Counted from the first letter of the stretch, positions 1-9,248 are shown. The stretch is DNA of 64,000 nucleotides from Phycisphaerae bacterium (GCA_034440475.1 JAWXCC010000002.1:16787-80786), one strand, 5' to 3'. Numbers and translations are program-made. The notes: generated by a model not told the origin, from the sequence alone.

Positions 1-1662
1 CCACTCGAGGCCGATCTTTCCCATTTCGCCGCCAGACTTCTTTGCGGCACCGTCCATGAGCCAGCCATTCACCGTCCCAGCGCCCACATGGCGCCAAACC
101 AGATCGTCCTTGCCATCTCCATCGAGATCGCCCGTTGCGTGAACTTGCCATTGAGACGGGACCGGCTGCGAGTTCTGCACCGGGCCCGCTACCTTCGAGA
201 ATCCGTCGAGTATCCAAGTCTGTACTGCGCCAGCGGCGCTCCGGAATGCAAGGTCGACGTTGCCGTCGCCGTCGAAGTCGCCGTTTCCGATGAATTCAAG
301 ATTCGCAGATTCTCCAATGACGTCACCATCAGTTCGCGTCACGCAGTTCATGAGCCACGCGCTGACCTTACCCGTTGGACCATTCCGCACAACAATGTCC
401 GCCATCCGATCTCCATTGATGTCGCCGATGGCTAACACAGTCACCGCCTTCAGGAGCGGTGTTGCACCGATGATGGCCGATGACTTCACGACCTGCTGCC
501 CCTTCATCAACCAGATTCGGAGCTCGCCGCTCGCCGTTCTCCACAGGATGTCACCGTACCCATCGCCGTTAAAGTCGCCCAAGCCCTGAGGGGACCACTG
601 CGTTGATGTTGGCGCGAGTGAGAGCGGTCCGCCGCCGTCCTTGACGAGGCCGTTCATGAACCAGACAGACGCCTGCTTCAACGCCTTCTGATGAAAGACA
701 ATGTCTGAGCGCTTGTCGAGATTGACGCGATCCTTATTGAAAGCACCACGGTCGCGCAGCGCACAAGAGTGGTCGAAAGGCGCGGTCGCGATCGCGAAGT
801 ATGGGCCGCCAGTCGACAGCGCGCTCGCCTGACCGAATTGGTCGAAGCCCCAACCCACGACGGTGCCATCGGCTTTCAGCGCGATGGTGTGGAACGCGCC
901 AGCAGCCACATCAATGCACGGCCCCAGATTTGGTGGCGGCGAACATTGGCCATAGTCATCCCAGCCCCAACAGACCACTGTGCCGTTCGACTTCAGCGCT
1001 ACGGTGTGGTGGTTACCAAGGACGACTTTTGTGCAGCTCCCGAGGTTGCTCGGGACGTTACAGGGACCGCCGAGATTCGATCCCCAGCAGACGATGCTTC
1101 CGTTCCAGCGGAGGGCCGCCGAATGACTTTCGCCTGCGGCGACCTTGTAGCAAGGGCCCACGGTCGCTGGCGGTGTCGCTTCCCCGGACGTATTGAGCCC
1201 CCAGCCGTAGACGGTGCCGTGACTATCAATTCCTAAACTGTGGTTGTATCCCGCAGCGATGTCGATCGCGACACTGAGTTGGGGTGGGACGCCACACTGT
1301 CCAAATGTATTGTCTCCCCACGCGACGATTTCGCCCGCTGCGGTGAGCGCGAGCGCGTGACCGTCTCGGTTCGAGACCTTGATGACGTCGCTAAGCCCGG
1401 CTGGGACGTTGGCCGCGAGCTCCCCAGTCCCCCATGCAACGACTGTTCCGTCGTGGCGACGCCCGATGGCACAGTGCCACCCTAGCGAGACGTCGACAAC
1501 CGTGCCGAGGTCGATCGGTACGTCTGTTCTCACACCCCATAAGAACGGCGTGCCGACTTTGACTTGAGCGCCAGCGGTAGAAGAAAGCGCCATCGAAGAC
1601 GCGAGAGTGCACAGGGCGATTGAATGACGGCGTAGACGATTCGATCGGCGAAATTCGCTCAT
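1..1662 (-). CDS. Secreted RCC1-repeat plus FG-GAP/VCBS-repeat protein (start in window, 3' end beyond position 1)
   Basis: Absent from the ORF track because there is no stop inside the window. My own minus-strand translation from the ATG at 1662-1660 gives MSEFRRSNRLRRHSIALCTLASSMALSSTAGAQ, which looks like a signal peptide. It is followed by repeated G-x-V-x-x-WG-x-N-x-x-GQC units (RCC1 type). Further on come GDFNGDGYGDILWR, GDINGDRMADIVV, GDFDGDGNVDLAF and GDLDGDGKDDLVWRH units (FG-GAP/VCBS type). The frame stays open to base 1. Confidence 0.8.
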   Translation of the reverse strand, partial: MSEFRRSNRLRRHSIALCTLASSMALSSTAGAQVKVGTPFLWGVRTDVPIDLGTVVDVSLGWHCAIGRRHDGTVVAWGTGELAANVPAGLSDVIKVSNRDGHALALTAAGEIVAWGDNTFGQCGVPPQLSVAIDIAAGYNHSLGIDSHGTVYGWGLNTSGEATPPATVGPCYKVAAGESHSAALRWNGSIVCWGSNLGGPCNVPSNLGSCTKVVLGNHHTVALKSNGTVVCWGWDDYGQCSPPPNLGPCIDVAAGAFHTIALKADGTVVGWGFDQFGQASALSTGGPYFAIATAPFDHSCALRDRGAFNKDRVNLDKRSDIVFHQKALKQASVWFMNGLVKDGGGPLSLAPTSTQWSPQGLGDFNGDGYGDILWRTASGELRIWLMKGQQVVKSSAIIGATPLLKAVTVLAIGDINGDRMADIVVRNGPTGKVSAWLMNCVTRTDGDVIGESANLEFIGNGDFDGDGNVDLAFRSAAGAVQTWILDGFSKVAGPVQNSQPVPSQWQVHATGDLDGDGKDDLVWRHVGAGTVNGWLMDGAAKKSGGEMGKIGLEW

Positions 1663-1806
1663 GGCGGTGCTCCTGTTGGTGCCGTGCACGGTTCAGCATG
1701 CTCATGAATCGGCAGCACACACACGAGCGAGGGACCGCTGGGGGCGTGACGGTCGGAAACGAACATTGTGCATGTTCGTTGGCGAACGACGCGTGGCGGT
1801 CTCGAA

Positions 1807-2583
1807 TCAGCGACTGCTTTGAGCCACGATTGAGTGGGACAGCCGCGCGCTAAACGCGGACAGCGCGTCTAACAGTTTGTAGTGCCACGGTACGCACACC
1901 CAGATCTGCGGCCGCTCTAACAGGTTGCATATGACCCGCGCGCAACGCTCCGGTGAGATCGCGCGCTTTCGCACCTTGACGAACAGCTTCGTCATGCGGG
2001 GTTCTAAGAAGTACGGCGTGTCGACGATTCCGGGAAAGATGCAGCTAAATCGCACGCCCTTGGGTGCGAACTCCGCATCGAGGGTTTCGGTGAGCGCACG
2101 GAGCGCAGCCTTTGAGGCTGCGTAGCCACTGTGTCCCCATGGCCCCATCTTCGCCGACATCGATGAAACATTCACCACCGTTCCGCGACCGCGCTCAAGC
2201 ATCGAGGGCAGGAATGCGCGGGTGAGCGAGAGTGGCGAAAAGTAGTTCACCTGCATGAGACGACGGTGATCGACGAGCGCATGCTCGAGGAACGGTTCAT
2301 AGATTCCATATCCCGCGTTGTTGATGATGGCGTCGACAGGACCGTGCGTTGAAAGAATCGCGCTCGCGGCTGCGTCCGCGGCGGCAGGATCTGAAAGGTC
2401 GGTCACGACCGCAACGCTTGGCGCGTAGCTCGAGAGCTCCTTCGCGAGAGAATCCAAGAGGGGTCCGCGTCGCGCAAGAAGAAACGTGCCCCAGCCGCGA
2501 CGTGCGAGCTCGTGCGCTACGGCCTTTCCGATTCCTGACGACGCTCCCGTCACAACCGCATGGGGACGTTCGTGATGGTTCAC
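1807..2583 (-). CDS. SDR-family short-chain dehydrogenase/reductase
   Basis: 258-aa ORF with TGASSGIGKAVA (Rossmann TGxxxGxG), NNAG, and YAASKAAL (the YxxxK catalytic motif). Confidence 0.9.
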   Translation of the reverse strand: MNHHERPHAVVTGASSGIGKAVAHELARRGWGTFLLARRGPLLDSLAKELSSYAPSVAVVTDLSDPAAADAAASAILSTHGPVDAIINNAGYGIYEPFLEHALVDHRRLMQVNYFSPLSLTRAFLPSMLERGRGTVVNVSSMSAKMGPWGHSGYAASKAALRALTETLDAEFAPKGVRFSCIFPGIVDTPYFLEPRMTKLFVKVRKRAISPERCARVICNLLERPQIWVCVPWHYKLLDALSAFSARLSHSIVAQSSR

Positions 2584-2611
2584 ATGACGCTCGCGCTACT
2601 AGACGCGACTG

Positions 2612-2695
2612 TTAGACGCAACCGCGGACGAGCAGGAAGAGCAAGATGAGCGGAATGGGAATGCCGAGCGCCCAAAGAAGAATCGCGGGTCGCAC
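2612..2695 (-). CDS. Possible 27-aa single-pass membrane peptide
   Basis: C-terminal part of ORF 2612..2836. From the GTG at 2695 it reads (M)RPAILLWALGIPIPLILLFLLVRGCV, and a GGGG lies about 6 nt upstream. Only hydrophobicity and a possible RBS support it. Confidence 0.25.
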   Translation of the reverse strand: MRPAILLWALGIPIPLILLFLLVRGCV

Positions 2696-3387
2696 TTTGC
2701 CCCAGCGCGGCTGTCGCGGTTGTCTGCGCCGCACGAGATAGTCCGATCGGGATGGAGACGTGTGGGTTAGGAGAGAATTGAGCACGGAGTTTCCTCTGAT
2801 GGAGACGGCACGCAGAAAGTCGGTGCTCGCGACCAATCAATACCTCTCCCGACAATCCCATGCTCGCGAGACCGCCGAGTTGGCACGAGATTAGTGGGAT
2901 CCCCTCAACGATCAGCCGCAGAAAACAAGATCGAGGCAGCATGGCTCGCCCGTTCGCTCATCACGGAACTCGACACACGCGCAGGTTCGTGCGCGACCGC
3001 TTTCACCAAATCGACGAGATGAGCTGAGCCGCGTCCTAGCAACGCAAAGTGAACGGGTTTCCGCTGCACCGTTCGAAAGTCTGGAGAGACGCACCGGCAC
3101 GGAGCAACCGTGACGACGGCGATGACTTACATCGCGATCGCGGAGCATCTCGACGCCAACAGCGCGGACTGGATGAAGCAAGTCAACGACTAGGAGTGCG
3201 GAACGGAGTGGTGCACGGATGTGCTCCACAAGATCGGCACTGTGCCTGAGCAAGCGCGAGTCCTTACCCGGTCCAAACACGCCGCTCACATGGTCAGGGT
3301 CTCATCGCGACCCGATCGCGATTCCAACTGCGGTCGTTCCGCCAGCGGTCGTTTCGATCCCCTGCACGTCCCTTCGAGGAGAAGTTC

Positions 3388-5043
3388 ATGTCCGTACCGG
3401 TTGTCGCTTCCGTCGCCTGCGGCCTCGCCGCGGTTCTCGCATCCACGTCGTTCGCTCAGGTCGCCTTTACCGGCTCATACACACAAGACTTCAACGGCCT
3501 CGGCCAGACCGGCGCGCAGACTCTCGCGGGCAAAGGGCCGCACGCGATCCAGGGTGTGCTCGGCGCCACCGGCGTGCTCGGTTGGTACGGCGCCAACTTC
3601 CTTGGCAGTAGCGCGAACACCGAGTTCAAGGCTCACAATGGCAGCTTGGCGGGCAGCGCTGGCCGGGGTGTAATCTCCTTCGGCGCGAACAGTTCGAGTG
3701 ATCGCGCGCTCGGGGCGCTTCCGACGAGCAATCAGATCTCGTCTATTGGACTGGTACTAACGAACAACACATTGGAGACCTTCGTGTCGCTCGACATTGC
3801 CTACACCGGCGAGCAGTGGCGAGCCGGCGAAGCCAATCTGCCCAACGTCCTCACCTTCGCTTACGGATTCGGCACCTCGCTCGAAGCCGCCACAACCACC
3901 ATCGCCGGACTGAGTTTCACCGCACCGAATCTAACCGGTGGCGAGGTCGCGATTGACGGGAACGCTCCAGAGAATCAAACTGCGTTCACTGACGTGCTCC
4001 GAGGACTCTCGTGGCGCCCGGGCCAGTCGATCGTTCTCCGCTGGAACGCGACCGAACTGTCAGGCCAGGACAACGGCCTCGGCATTGACGACCTCGTCCT
4101 CTCTGCCACGCCGGGCATCACTGTGTTTGATCTCGCCGACTACGAACTCGTTGCGACCTTTCCGTTGCCCAACCCCGCTGCGCTTGAGGCCTCGGGGGTC
4201 ACATACAACCTAGCGACCGGCACGCTGTTCGTGATCGGCGACGAGGGTTTGGCGATGGTCGAGGTGACGACAGAAGGACAGTTTGTTAGTCAGATGGCGC
4301 TGACTGGATTTGAGGACACCGAAGGCATCACCGCAATCGGCGGCGGACAGTTCGTGGTTGCCGAAGAACGCATCCAAGATGTGTACCTCCTGAACTATGT
4401 GGCTGGCGGCACGGTCGACCGGAGCGCGTTGCCGACGGTCTCTCTCGGCGGCACGGTGGGCAATTCGGGCCTCGAGGGCGTCAGCTTTGACCCGATCTCC
4501 GGCGACTACGTCACGGTCAAGGAGAAGAACCCGCAGGGGGTTTCTCTCGCCACAATCGACTGGGCGCTCGTCCAATGCTCGACCACTCCGTTGTTCACAC
4601 CAGCGCTCGGCGTGCTTGATCTTTCCGACGTGCAGACGCTGACGACGGTGCCGAGTCTGGTCGGCACTGCGGATCAAGATCAACTCATCATCCTGAGCCA
4701 AGAGTCGGCCAAGTTGCTTGAAGTGACTCGCACTGGCGAGGTGCTCAGCAGCTTCGATCTCTCCGCGATCGCCGGCGACGCTGAGGGAGTCACGATCGGA
4801 CCGGACGGAACGATCTACGTTGTCGGCGAGACGCCCGCGCTCTACGTGCTGAAGCCGATCGCCGCCCGGGCATGCCCCGCCGACCTCAATGGCGACGACC
4901 TCGTGAACGGCGCTGACCTCGCGATCTTGCTTGGTGCGTGGGGCCCATGCGTCGGATGCGCTGCGGATGTCGATGGGAACGGCGACGTGAATGGCGCAGA
5001 TCTGGCCATCGTCCTCGGCGCATGGGGCGGCTGCCCGCGCTGA
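3388..5043 (+). CDS. Secreted protein with an SdiA-regulated/YjiK-like beta-propeller region and a C-terminal double dockerin-like tail
   Basis: Signal peptide MSVPVVASVACGLAAVLASTSFA. The middle region reads EASGVTYNLATGTLFVIGDEG...FEDTEGITAIGGG...GLEGVSFDP. The tail is DLNGDDLVNGADLAILLGAWGPCVGCAADVDGNGDVNGADLAIVLGAWGGC. Confidence 0.8.
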   Translation: MSVPVVASVACGLAAVLASTSFAQVAFTGSYTQDFNGLGQTGAQTLAGKGPHAIQGVLGATGVLGWYGANFLGSSANTEFKAHNGSLAGSAGRGVISFGANSSSDRALGALPTSNQISSIGLVLTNNTLETFVSLDIAYTGEQWRAGEANLPNVLTFAYGFGTSLEAATTTIAGLSFTAPNLTGGEVAIDGNAPENQTAFTDVLRGLSWRPGQSIVLRWNATELSGQDNGLGIDDLVLSATPGITVFDLADYELVATFPLPNPAALEASGVTYNLATGTLFVIGDEGLAMVEVTTEGQFVSQMALTGFEDTEGITAIGGGQFVVAEERIQDVYLLNYVAGGTVDRSALPTVSLGGTVGNSGLEGVSFDPISGDYVTVKEKNPQGVSLATIDWALVQCSTTPLFTPALGVLDLSDVQTLTTVPSLVGTADQDQLIILSQESAKLLEVTRTGEVLSSFDLSAIAGDAEGVTIGPDGTIYVVGETPALYVLKPIAARACPADLNGDDLVNGADLAILLGAWGPCVGCAADVDGNGDVNGADLAIVLGAWGGCPR

Positions 5044-5074
5044 CGCGCCGATGTTGAGCAGCGTCGGTTGAGGC

Positions 5075-5101
5075 GTAGCGGCCGACTCGCTCGGCCGCTA
5101 C
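5075..5101. terminator. GC-rich hairpin between convergent genes (possible bidirectional terminator)
   Basis: GTAGCGGCCGA (5075-5085), loop CTCGC, then TCGGCCGCTAC (5091-5101). This is a perfect 11-bp stem, with no clear U-tract on either strand. Confidence 0.4.
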
Positions 5102-5239
5102 AGGCGCCAAGTGGGGCTTTAGAGCATCTGCGGGAACACTGCCAGCTGGCTACTACGTTGAGTGCCGGTCTCGACGGACGGTCCGCCTGCGATCGTCGAG
5201 CGGGTGGAGTGGAAGTGCTGCGACGCAGCGCGATCGAAC

Positions 5240-6388
5240 TCAGCCCGCGCGTTCCACTGTCCGTGACAGCTGCGCGCCAACCTGGGGACCGATGCGGTCA
5301 GACGCCGGCATTGGCACTACGAAGACGACTTCTCCACGCGGCGCTTCCACGAGCAGTGCATTGCACTCCGAGCGCTCGCGATCAAGCACGCGAATGAGAT
5401 GCAGCTCTCCGTTTCCTCGGCAGGTCCAGCGCTCGGTCTTTCCGCGACTGCCGAGGGCGTCGCTTACGAGGCGCCACGTGTGAGCTTCTGGTGAGTTCGC
5501 GCGATTGCCCGGCACCAGCGCCAGGAACGAATATAGCGCACGGTCATCGCGGCGACGAGTGATCGCCTGCACGGCTGCAACCATTGGCGTGGGTTCAATG
5601 CGGCGCGACTCGTGGCACCAGTCGTCGGGCCGCGCGAGCATGGGACAAGGGCGATCGTGCGGACACGGTCCGACGACGTGCATGCCGCCCGCCACGAGCA
5701 GGCGATCGCGCAGTCGCTGCAACGCGCGGGTCGTTGTTTTGAGCGCTGGCTCGATCACCGCGACGGGCACGCCGCGCGACCAGCGCAGCAGCACCTCGAA
5801 CGACTCGGCGTCGTACTCGCCGTCGCGAGCTAACCGCTCGTTGAATGCGGTCTGGCAGAGGACGAGGTCGCACGTCGGTGGCAGTGGAACCTGAAACGCA
5901 TCGGCGCACACCGTGCTGAGTGTGACGTCGATCCCCGCTAGCTCGGCAGCCTTGGCGACGACGCGGGTCCAGATCGCGAGCACGGCAGCTGAGTGATCGA
6001 TGCCGGTGAGCGAGAACGGTCCGCGCTGTCCGCGTTTCGCACACCAGTCGAGATAGCCGACGCTCGTGGCTCCGACGCCGCATCCAACGTCGACGATGGT
6101 TCGGGCAGTGGCGAACGACGGGTCGCGCCGTGCGCACTCATCGAGCACTAATCCGACCTTCGGCGCATCGGACGCAAGAAAATAGAGCAGCTTCGCGCCG
6201 AGATGCTCGCGGTCACCTTGACGCCGCGCGAGTACGCCACGTTCGACGGTGTAGAGGTCAGACAGCTCCACAACCCACTCAGCGACGGTCGCGACGCGGG
6301 CCGCTGGCACGAGGTCTCCCGACCACAACCATACTTCCAGCGCTGCTAAGAGAGAGCGGCTCACGGTGCTACCAATATGGACCGGCAT
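5240..6388 (-). CDS. Rsm22-like class I SAM-dependent methyltransferase
   Basis: SAM-binding motif VDVGCGVGATS, plus the Cys/His cluster GPCPHDRPCPM...WCHE as I recall it for the bacterial Rsm22 family. Confidence 0.7.
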   Translation of the reverse strand: MPVHIGSTVSRSLLAALEVWLWSGDLVPAARVATVAEWVVELSDLYTVERGVLARRQGDREHLGAKLLYFLASDAPKVGLVLDECARRDPSFATARTIVDVGCGVGATSVGYLDWCAKRGQRGPFSLTGIDHSAAVLAIWTRVVAKAAELAGIDVTLSTVCADAFQVPLPPTCDLVLCQTAFNERLARDGEYDAESFEVLLRWSRGVPVAVIEPALKTTTRALQRLRDRLLVAGGMHVVGPCPHDRPCPMLARPDDWCHESRRIEPTPMVAAVQAITRRRDDRALYSFLALVPGNRANSPEAHTWRLVSDALGSRGKTERWTCRGNGELHLIRVLDRERSECNALLVEAPRGEVVFVVPMPASDRIGPQVGAQLSRTVERAG

Positions 6389-6423
6389 CCAGAGCGCGAC
6401 GAACTCGCGCTGACGGTTGAAAA

Positions 6424-6497
6424 CGCACTTGGAGGGACTTGAACCCCCGACCCTCGGTTTCGAAGACCGATGCTCTATCCAACTGAGCTACAAGTGC
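6424..6497 (-). tRNA. tRNA-Arg (anticodon UCG), 74 nt, no encoded CCA
   Basis: Folded by hand on the minus strand. Acceptor stem GCACTTG/CAAGTGC, D arm GCTC/GAGC, anticodon stem TCGGT/ACCGA with loop CTTCGAA, T arm GGGGG/CCCTC with loop TTCAAGT, discriminator G. Confidence 0.9.
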
Positions 6498-6595
6498 TAG
6501 GACCGGAATCATACGGGATGGAACCGCAGAATCGCCGCCGAAATCGACGGGCACGGAACCCGATCCGCGGACAGACTCGGCCGTATCCTGCCGTT

Positions 6596-7414
6596 ATGTC
6601 CGCCACCGCCACGTCGCCGTCACTCGCGCCCGCCACCACGCTTATGGCTGGCAAGCGCGGGCTCATCGTCGGTATCGCCAACGATCATTCGTACGCGTAC
6701 TTCATCGCTGAAAGCCTCCGCAAACACGGGGCTGAGTGCCTCTTCACCCACTTGCCAGGCGAAAAGATGGAGCGCCGCTGTCGCAAGGCAGTCGAGCAAC
6801 TTGGCGTCGCCGATCCGTGGCTCGTGCCGATGGACGCGGGGAGCGACGAAGATCTCGACCGCGTGTTTGACCAAGTGAAGCGCGACTTCGGGACGATCGA
6901 CTTTCTCGTTCACTCAATCGCATTCGCCGACAAGGACTGGCTGCGCGAGGGTGCGTTCACCGCCACGCCGCGGCTGGTGTTCACGCAAGCCATGGACATC
7001 AGTGCGTACACGTATGCCGCAATGGCAAATCGCGCGGCACCACTGATGGCGAACGGCGGTTCGATGTTAGCTCTGTCGTATTACGGCTCGGAGAAAGCCG
7101 TACCGGGCTACAACGTCATGGGCGTCGCGAAGGCGGCGCTCGAAGCGACCATGCGATATCTCGCACTCGAGCTCGGACAGAAAGCGATCCGAGTCAACAC
7201 GATTTCGGGTGGCCCGCTGCGGACCATGAGTGCGCTCGCCGTAGGTGGATTTAGCGACATTCTGGGTTGGGTCGAGAAGAAGGCGCCGCTGAGGCGCAAC
7301 GTCACCGGCGCCGACGTCGGCGATACAGCGCTCTGGCTTCTGAGCGACCTCTCGAAGGGTGTAACGGGCCAGAACATCTACGTCGACGCGGGGTATTCGA
7401 TCGTCGGACTGTGA
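6596..7414 (+). CDS. fabI: Enoyl-[acyl-carrier-protein] reductase (NADH), FabI
   Basis: MAGKRGLIVGIANDHSYAYFIAESL, SIAFAD, and YNVMGVAKAALEATMRYLALELG (Y-x6-K). The track ORF starts at 6470 inside the tRNA, so I use the ATG at 6596. The ATG at 6644 is also possible. Confidence 0.9.
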   Translation: MSATATSPSLAPATTLMAGKRGLIVGIANDHSYAYFIAESLRKHGAECLFTHLPGEKMERRCRKAVEQLGVADPWLVPMDAGSDEDLDRVFDQVKRDFGTIDFLVHSIAFADKDWLREGAFTATPRLVFTQAMDISAYTYAAMANRAAPLMANGGSMLALSYYGSEKAVPGYNVMGVAKAALEATMRYLALELGQKAIRVNTISGGPLRTMSALAVGGFSDILGWVEKKAPLRRNVTGADVGDTALWLLSDLSKGVTGQNIYVDAGYSIVGL

Positions 7415-7452
7415 ACGGAGTCGATGTCCCGCGCCCCGGAACTGGACTTCGC

Positions 7453-7995
7453 ATGCGACGACAGAACAACCGACTTCGGACCGAATCTCGCCGTTTATTC
7501 GTTCCGCCTATCTGTTCACTGCTCGCGCTGACTGTGCTCGCGGGTTGCCGGAGTACAGCGACACAGACGCAGATGCTCGTGCCGGGAACGAACGGTCGCG
7601 CCGACACGATCGTGGCACTCGAGCCAGGCTGGGCGCAGCGCGCGGTGCGAGCGCTGCGTGATTCCCCTGGCTGCCTCGGTGTTGAAGCATCACAGTTGTC
7701 GGGTAACCGCGCCGCGATTTTTGCGATGTTTAGGGACAAGGCCTCGGCTGTGACGTGGTATCGAGGCGAGGTGCATCAATCGCTCGTCGACAAGGTGCGT
7801 TTCTACCGCGATCATGAGCACGGTCCGCTCTCCGGCGTCGCGGACGGCACCGGTCCGATCCTCGCCATCGCGACGCTCTCGCGGCGTGCGGCGGCCGACG
7901 GTGACACGCCGCCGTATGTTCTCCTCAGCGTGGAACTCTTCACGCCGCTGGAAGGTGGCGTGAGCTTTGGTGGCGCGTCGTTCTTGCCAAAATAG
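7453..7995 (+). CDS. Hypothetical lipoprotein
   Basis: The internal ATG at 7453 gives MRRQNNRLRTESRRLFVPPICSLLALTVLAGC, which carries a lipobox (LAGC). The upstream part of track ORF 7267.. overlaps the fabI 3' end and is Arg-rich shadow sequence. Confidence 0.6.
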   Translation: MRRQNNRLRTESRRLFVPPICSLLALTVLAGCRSTATQTQMLVPGTNGRADTIVALEPGWAQRAVRALRDSPGCLGVEASQLSGNRAAIFAMFRDKASAVTWYRGEVHQSLVDKVRFYRDHEHGPLSGVADGTGPILAIATLSRRAAADGDTPPYVLLSVELFTPLEGGVSFGGASFLPK

Positions 7996-8079
7996 GGGAA
8001 GAAACTCGCGCTGGGCCTGACTTCTCGAGGCTGGGTACACGTCGCTCCTCCGGCGAGTCTCAATCGTCATCGCGGCCGG

Positions 8080-8227
8080 ACACGGGACACACGACGAGAG
8101 TGTGCTCGAGCGTGAGCCATCCGACATGTGAAGACTGGGCAAGCCAGTCGCGAAGTGCGAGGAGGCCCCTTGCTCGCAAAGGTTCACTTGTCGGATGTCT
8201 GAGTTCGGCCAACACGGGACACACGAC
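8080..8227. repeat. Structured palindromic element flanked by 16-bp direct repeats
   Basis: Direct repeats ACACGGGACACACGAC at 8080-8095 and 8212-8227. Between them are 15-bp inverted arms, CATCCGACATGTGAA (8118-8132) and TTCACTTGTCGGATG (8183-8197), with one mismatch. The arms enclose two small hairpins: GACTGG-gcaag-CCAGTC and TGCGAG...CTCGCA. Confidence 0.6.
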
Positions 8228-8231
8228 CAGC

Positions 8232-8289
8232 GACTAACGAAGCACGCAGAAGCAAGGATCGATGCCAACTGCGTGTTTTCGAGTTGGGC
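8232..8289 (-). repeat. Candidate short attC-like site (weak)
   Basis: Minus-strand reading: GCCCAAC TCGAAAA CACGCAG ...19 nt... CTGCGTG CTTC GTTAGTC. The RYYYAAC box is perfect, the stem is 7 bp, and R' deviates at one position. No bulged bases. Confidence 0.35.
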
Positions 8290-8326
8290 GGTACGCGGCG
8301 CAAAGCATCGATGAGCGCTGGCGAGA

Positions 8327-8422
8327 AGCTAACACTCGTTGGAAATCGAGACGACTGAGCCCGCCGTCGGCGTGGAGCGGCAGCGTGAGATCATCAACGT
8401 GCGGGCCGTCAGACAGCTAGGT
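8327..8422 (-). repeat. Candidate degenerate attC site
   Basis: Minus-strand reading: ACCTAGC TG TCTGACGGCCCGC ... GCGGGCTCAG ...21 nt... GTTAGCT. CTGA[CG]GCCCGC pairs with GCGGGCTCAG, leaving two bulged bases. The L'-R' spacer is unusually long. Confidence 0.4.
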
Positions 8423-8701
8423 GCTGCTCGCCTCCGCGCCGAGCGGATTCACCAGCGCCCTCGACAGACGATCCTTGAGTGACGTCGTGCTCACACGCGT
8501 CTCCGCTAAAAGACGCATGCACTGCGCGAGCCACACGGACTCGCCCGATGCACCGAGCATGACGATAACCCCGTCGATGCCAACACGGTTCTTCGGCAGC
8601 TCGACGCGAGTGCCAACCCCGGGCACGAGCACGCTCGGTCGCGGATCGACCTCAGGGCGTTTCCGGCCGACGCCTGCGTCGACGCAGGATTCCAGCTGCG
8701 G

Positions 8702-8947
8702 ATGGTGCAGTCCGGCGACGAGCCTCTCGACTGGAAACCCCTTCGGGGAGTCGGGCACGGCGCGATGGAGATACGGGTCCGTCGGGGCGGAGCATTTCGA
8801 GTCGTCTACGTTGCCAAGTTTGCTGACGCGGTATACGTGCTTCACTGCTTCGGAAAGAAGACCGAGAAAACGAGCCGGACCGATATCGACCTAGTGATAC
8901 GCCGATACGGCGAGATGATGGCGCTATGGAAAACCGAGGAATCCTGA
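8702..8947 (+). CDS. higB: HigB-like (Gp49/RelE-ParE superfamily) toxin, N-terminally compromised
   Basis: WKPLRGVGHGAMEIRVRRGGAFRVVYVAKFADAVYVLHCFGKKTEKTSRTDIDL matches the Gp49-type HigB core as I recall it. The same frame upstream (from about 8633) reads ARSRIDLRAFPADACVDAGFQL, also family-like. No ATG/GTG/TTG lies between the upstream stop (8507-8509) and the ATG at 8702. Confidence 0.7.
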   Translation: MVQSGDEPLDWKPLRGVGHGAMEIRVRRGGAFRVVYVAKFADAVYVLHCFGKKTEKTSRTDIDLVIRRYGEMMALWKTEES

Positions 8948-9248
8948 CAATGAGTGCGCGACGCAAGCAGACAGACCACAACGTGTTTCTCGACCTTGGC
9001 CGCACGCCGCACGAGGCAGAGAACCTTCGCGCACGCGCCGACCTCATGATCGAGCTGATTCAAATCATCCGCGGCCGGAAGCTGACTCAGGCGGCGGCGG
9101 CAAAGCTCGTCGGCGTGAGCCAGCCCGCATGAGCGACCTGATGACGGGAAAGATAGGCCGATTCAGCATCGACGCGCTTGTCGAGATGCTGACTCGCGCC
9201 GGTCGTCGGGTTGAGTTCGCGACGAAGGCTGCCCGGCGGGTCGCCTAA
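8926..9248 (+). pseudogene. higA: HigA-like XRE-family HTH antitoxin, frameshifted
   Basis: Frame 1 reads ...NVFLDLGRTPHEAENLRARADLMIELIQIIRGRKLTQAAAAKLVGVSQPA and then stops. The next frame, from 9129, reads MSDLMTGKIGRFSIDALVEMLTRAGRRVEFATKAARRVA and stops. Adding one C to the CCC run at 9124-9126 restores the expected ...GVSQPRMSDLMTGKI... The real start is probably the ATG at 8950. Confidence 0.75.

Noticed and set aside
2584-3387. About 800 bp with no convincing gene; possible small ORFs (for example 2941-3027) or a regulatory RNA
   Set aside because: I found no recognisable motif, hairpin-plus-U-tract, or riboswitch-like conserved core. The listed ORFs there look like shadow frames.
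5595-6137. Numerous long ORFs overlapping confident genes on either strand (for example 5595..6137, 21345..22121, 43673..44470, 56602..58098, 61296..62495, 62632..63864)
   Set aside because: In DNA this GC-rich, stop codons are rare in all frames. These ORFs are Arg/Ala/Pro/Ser-rich, lack motifs, and overlap genes with clear family signatures.
6470-6595. N-terminal extension of the fabI ORF
   Set aside because: It overlaps the tRNA-Arg gene on the opposite strand and has an Arg-rich composition. FabI homology begins at MAGKRGLIVG.
7690-8268. 192-aa minus-strand ORF spanning the lipoprotein 3' end and the structured repeat element
   Set aside because: It runs antisense to a plausible lipoprotein gene and then crosses non-coding repeats. 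Its composition is shadow-like.
8417-8845. 142-aa minus-strand ORF antisense to higB
   Set aside because: Its 5' two-thirds is the shadow frame of the clearly HigB-like plus-strand sequence. Only the last 65 or so codons (8417-8620) could be a relic of a cassette ORF ending in the ACCTAGC box, and I could not assign them to a family.
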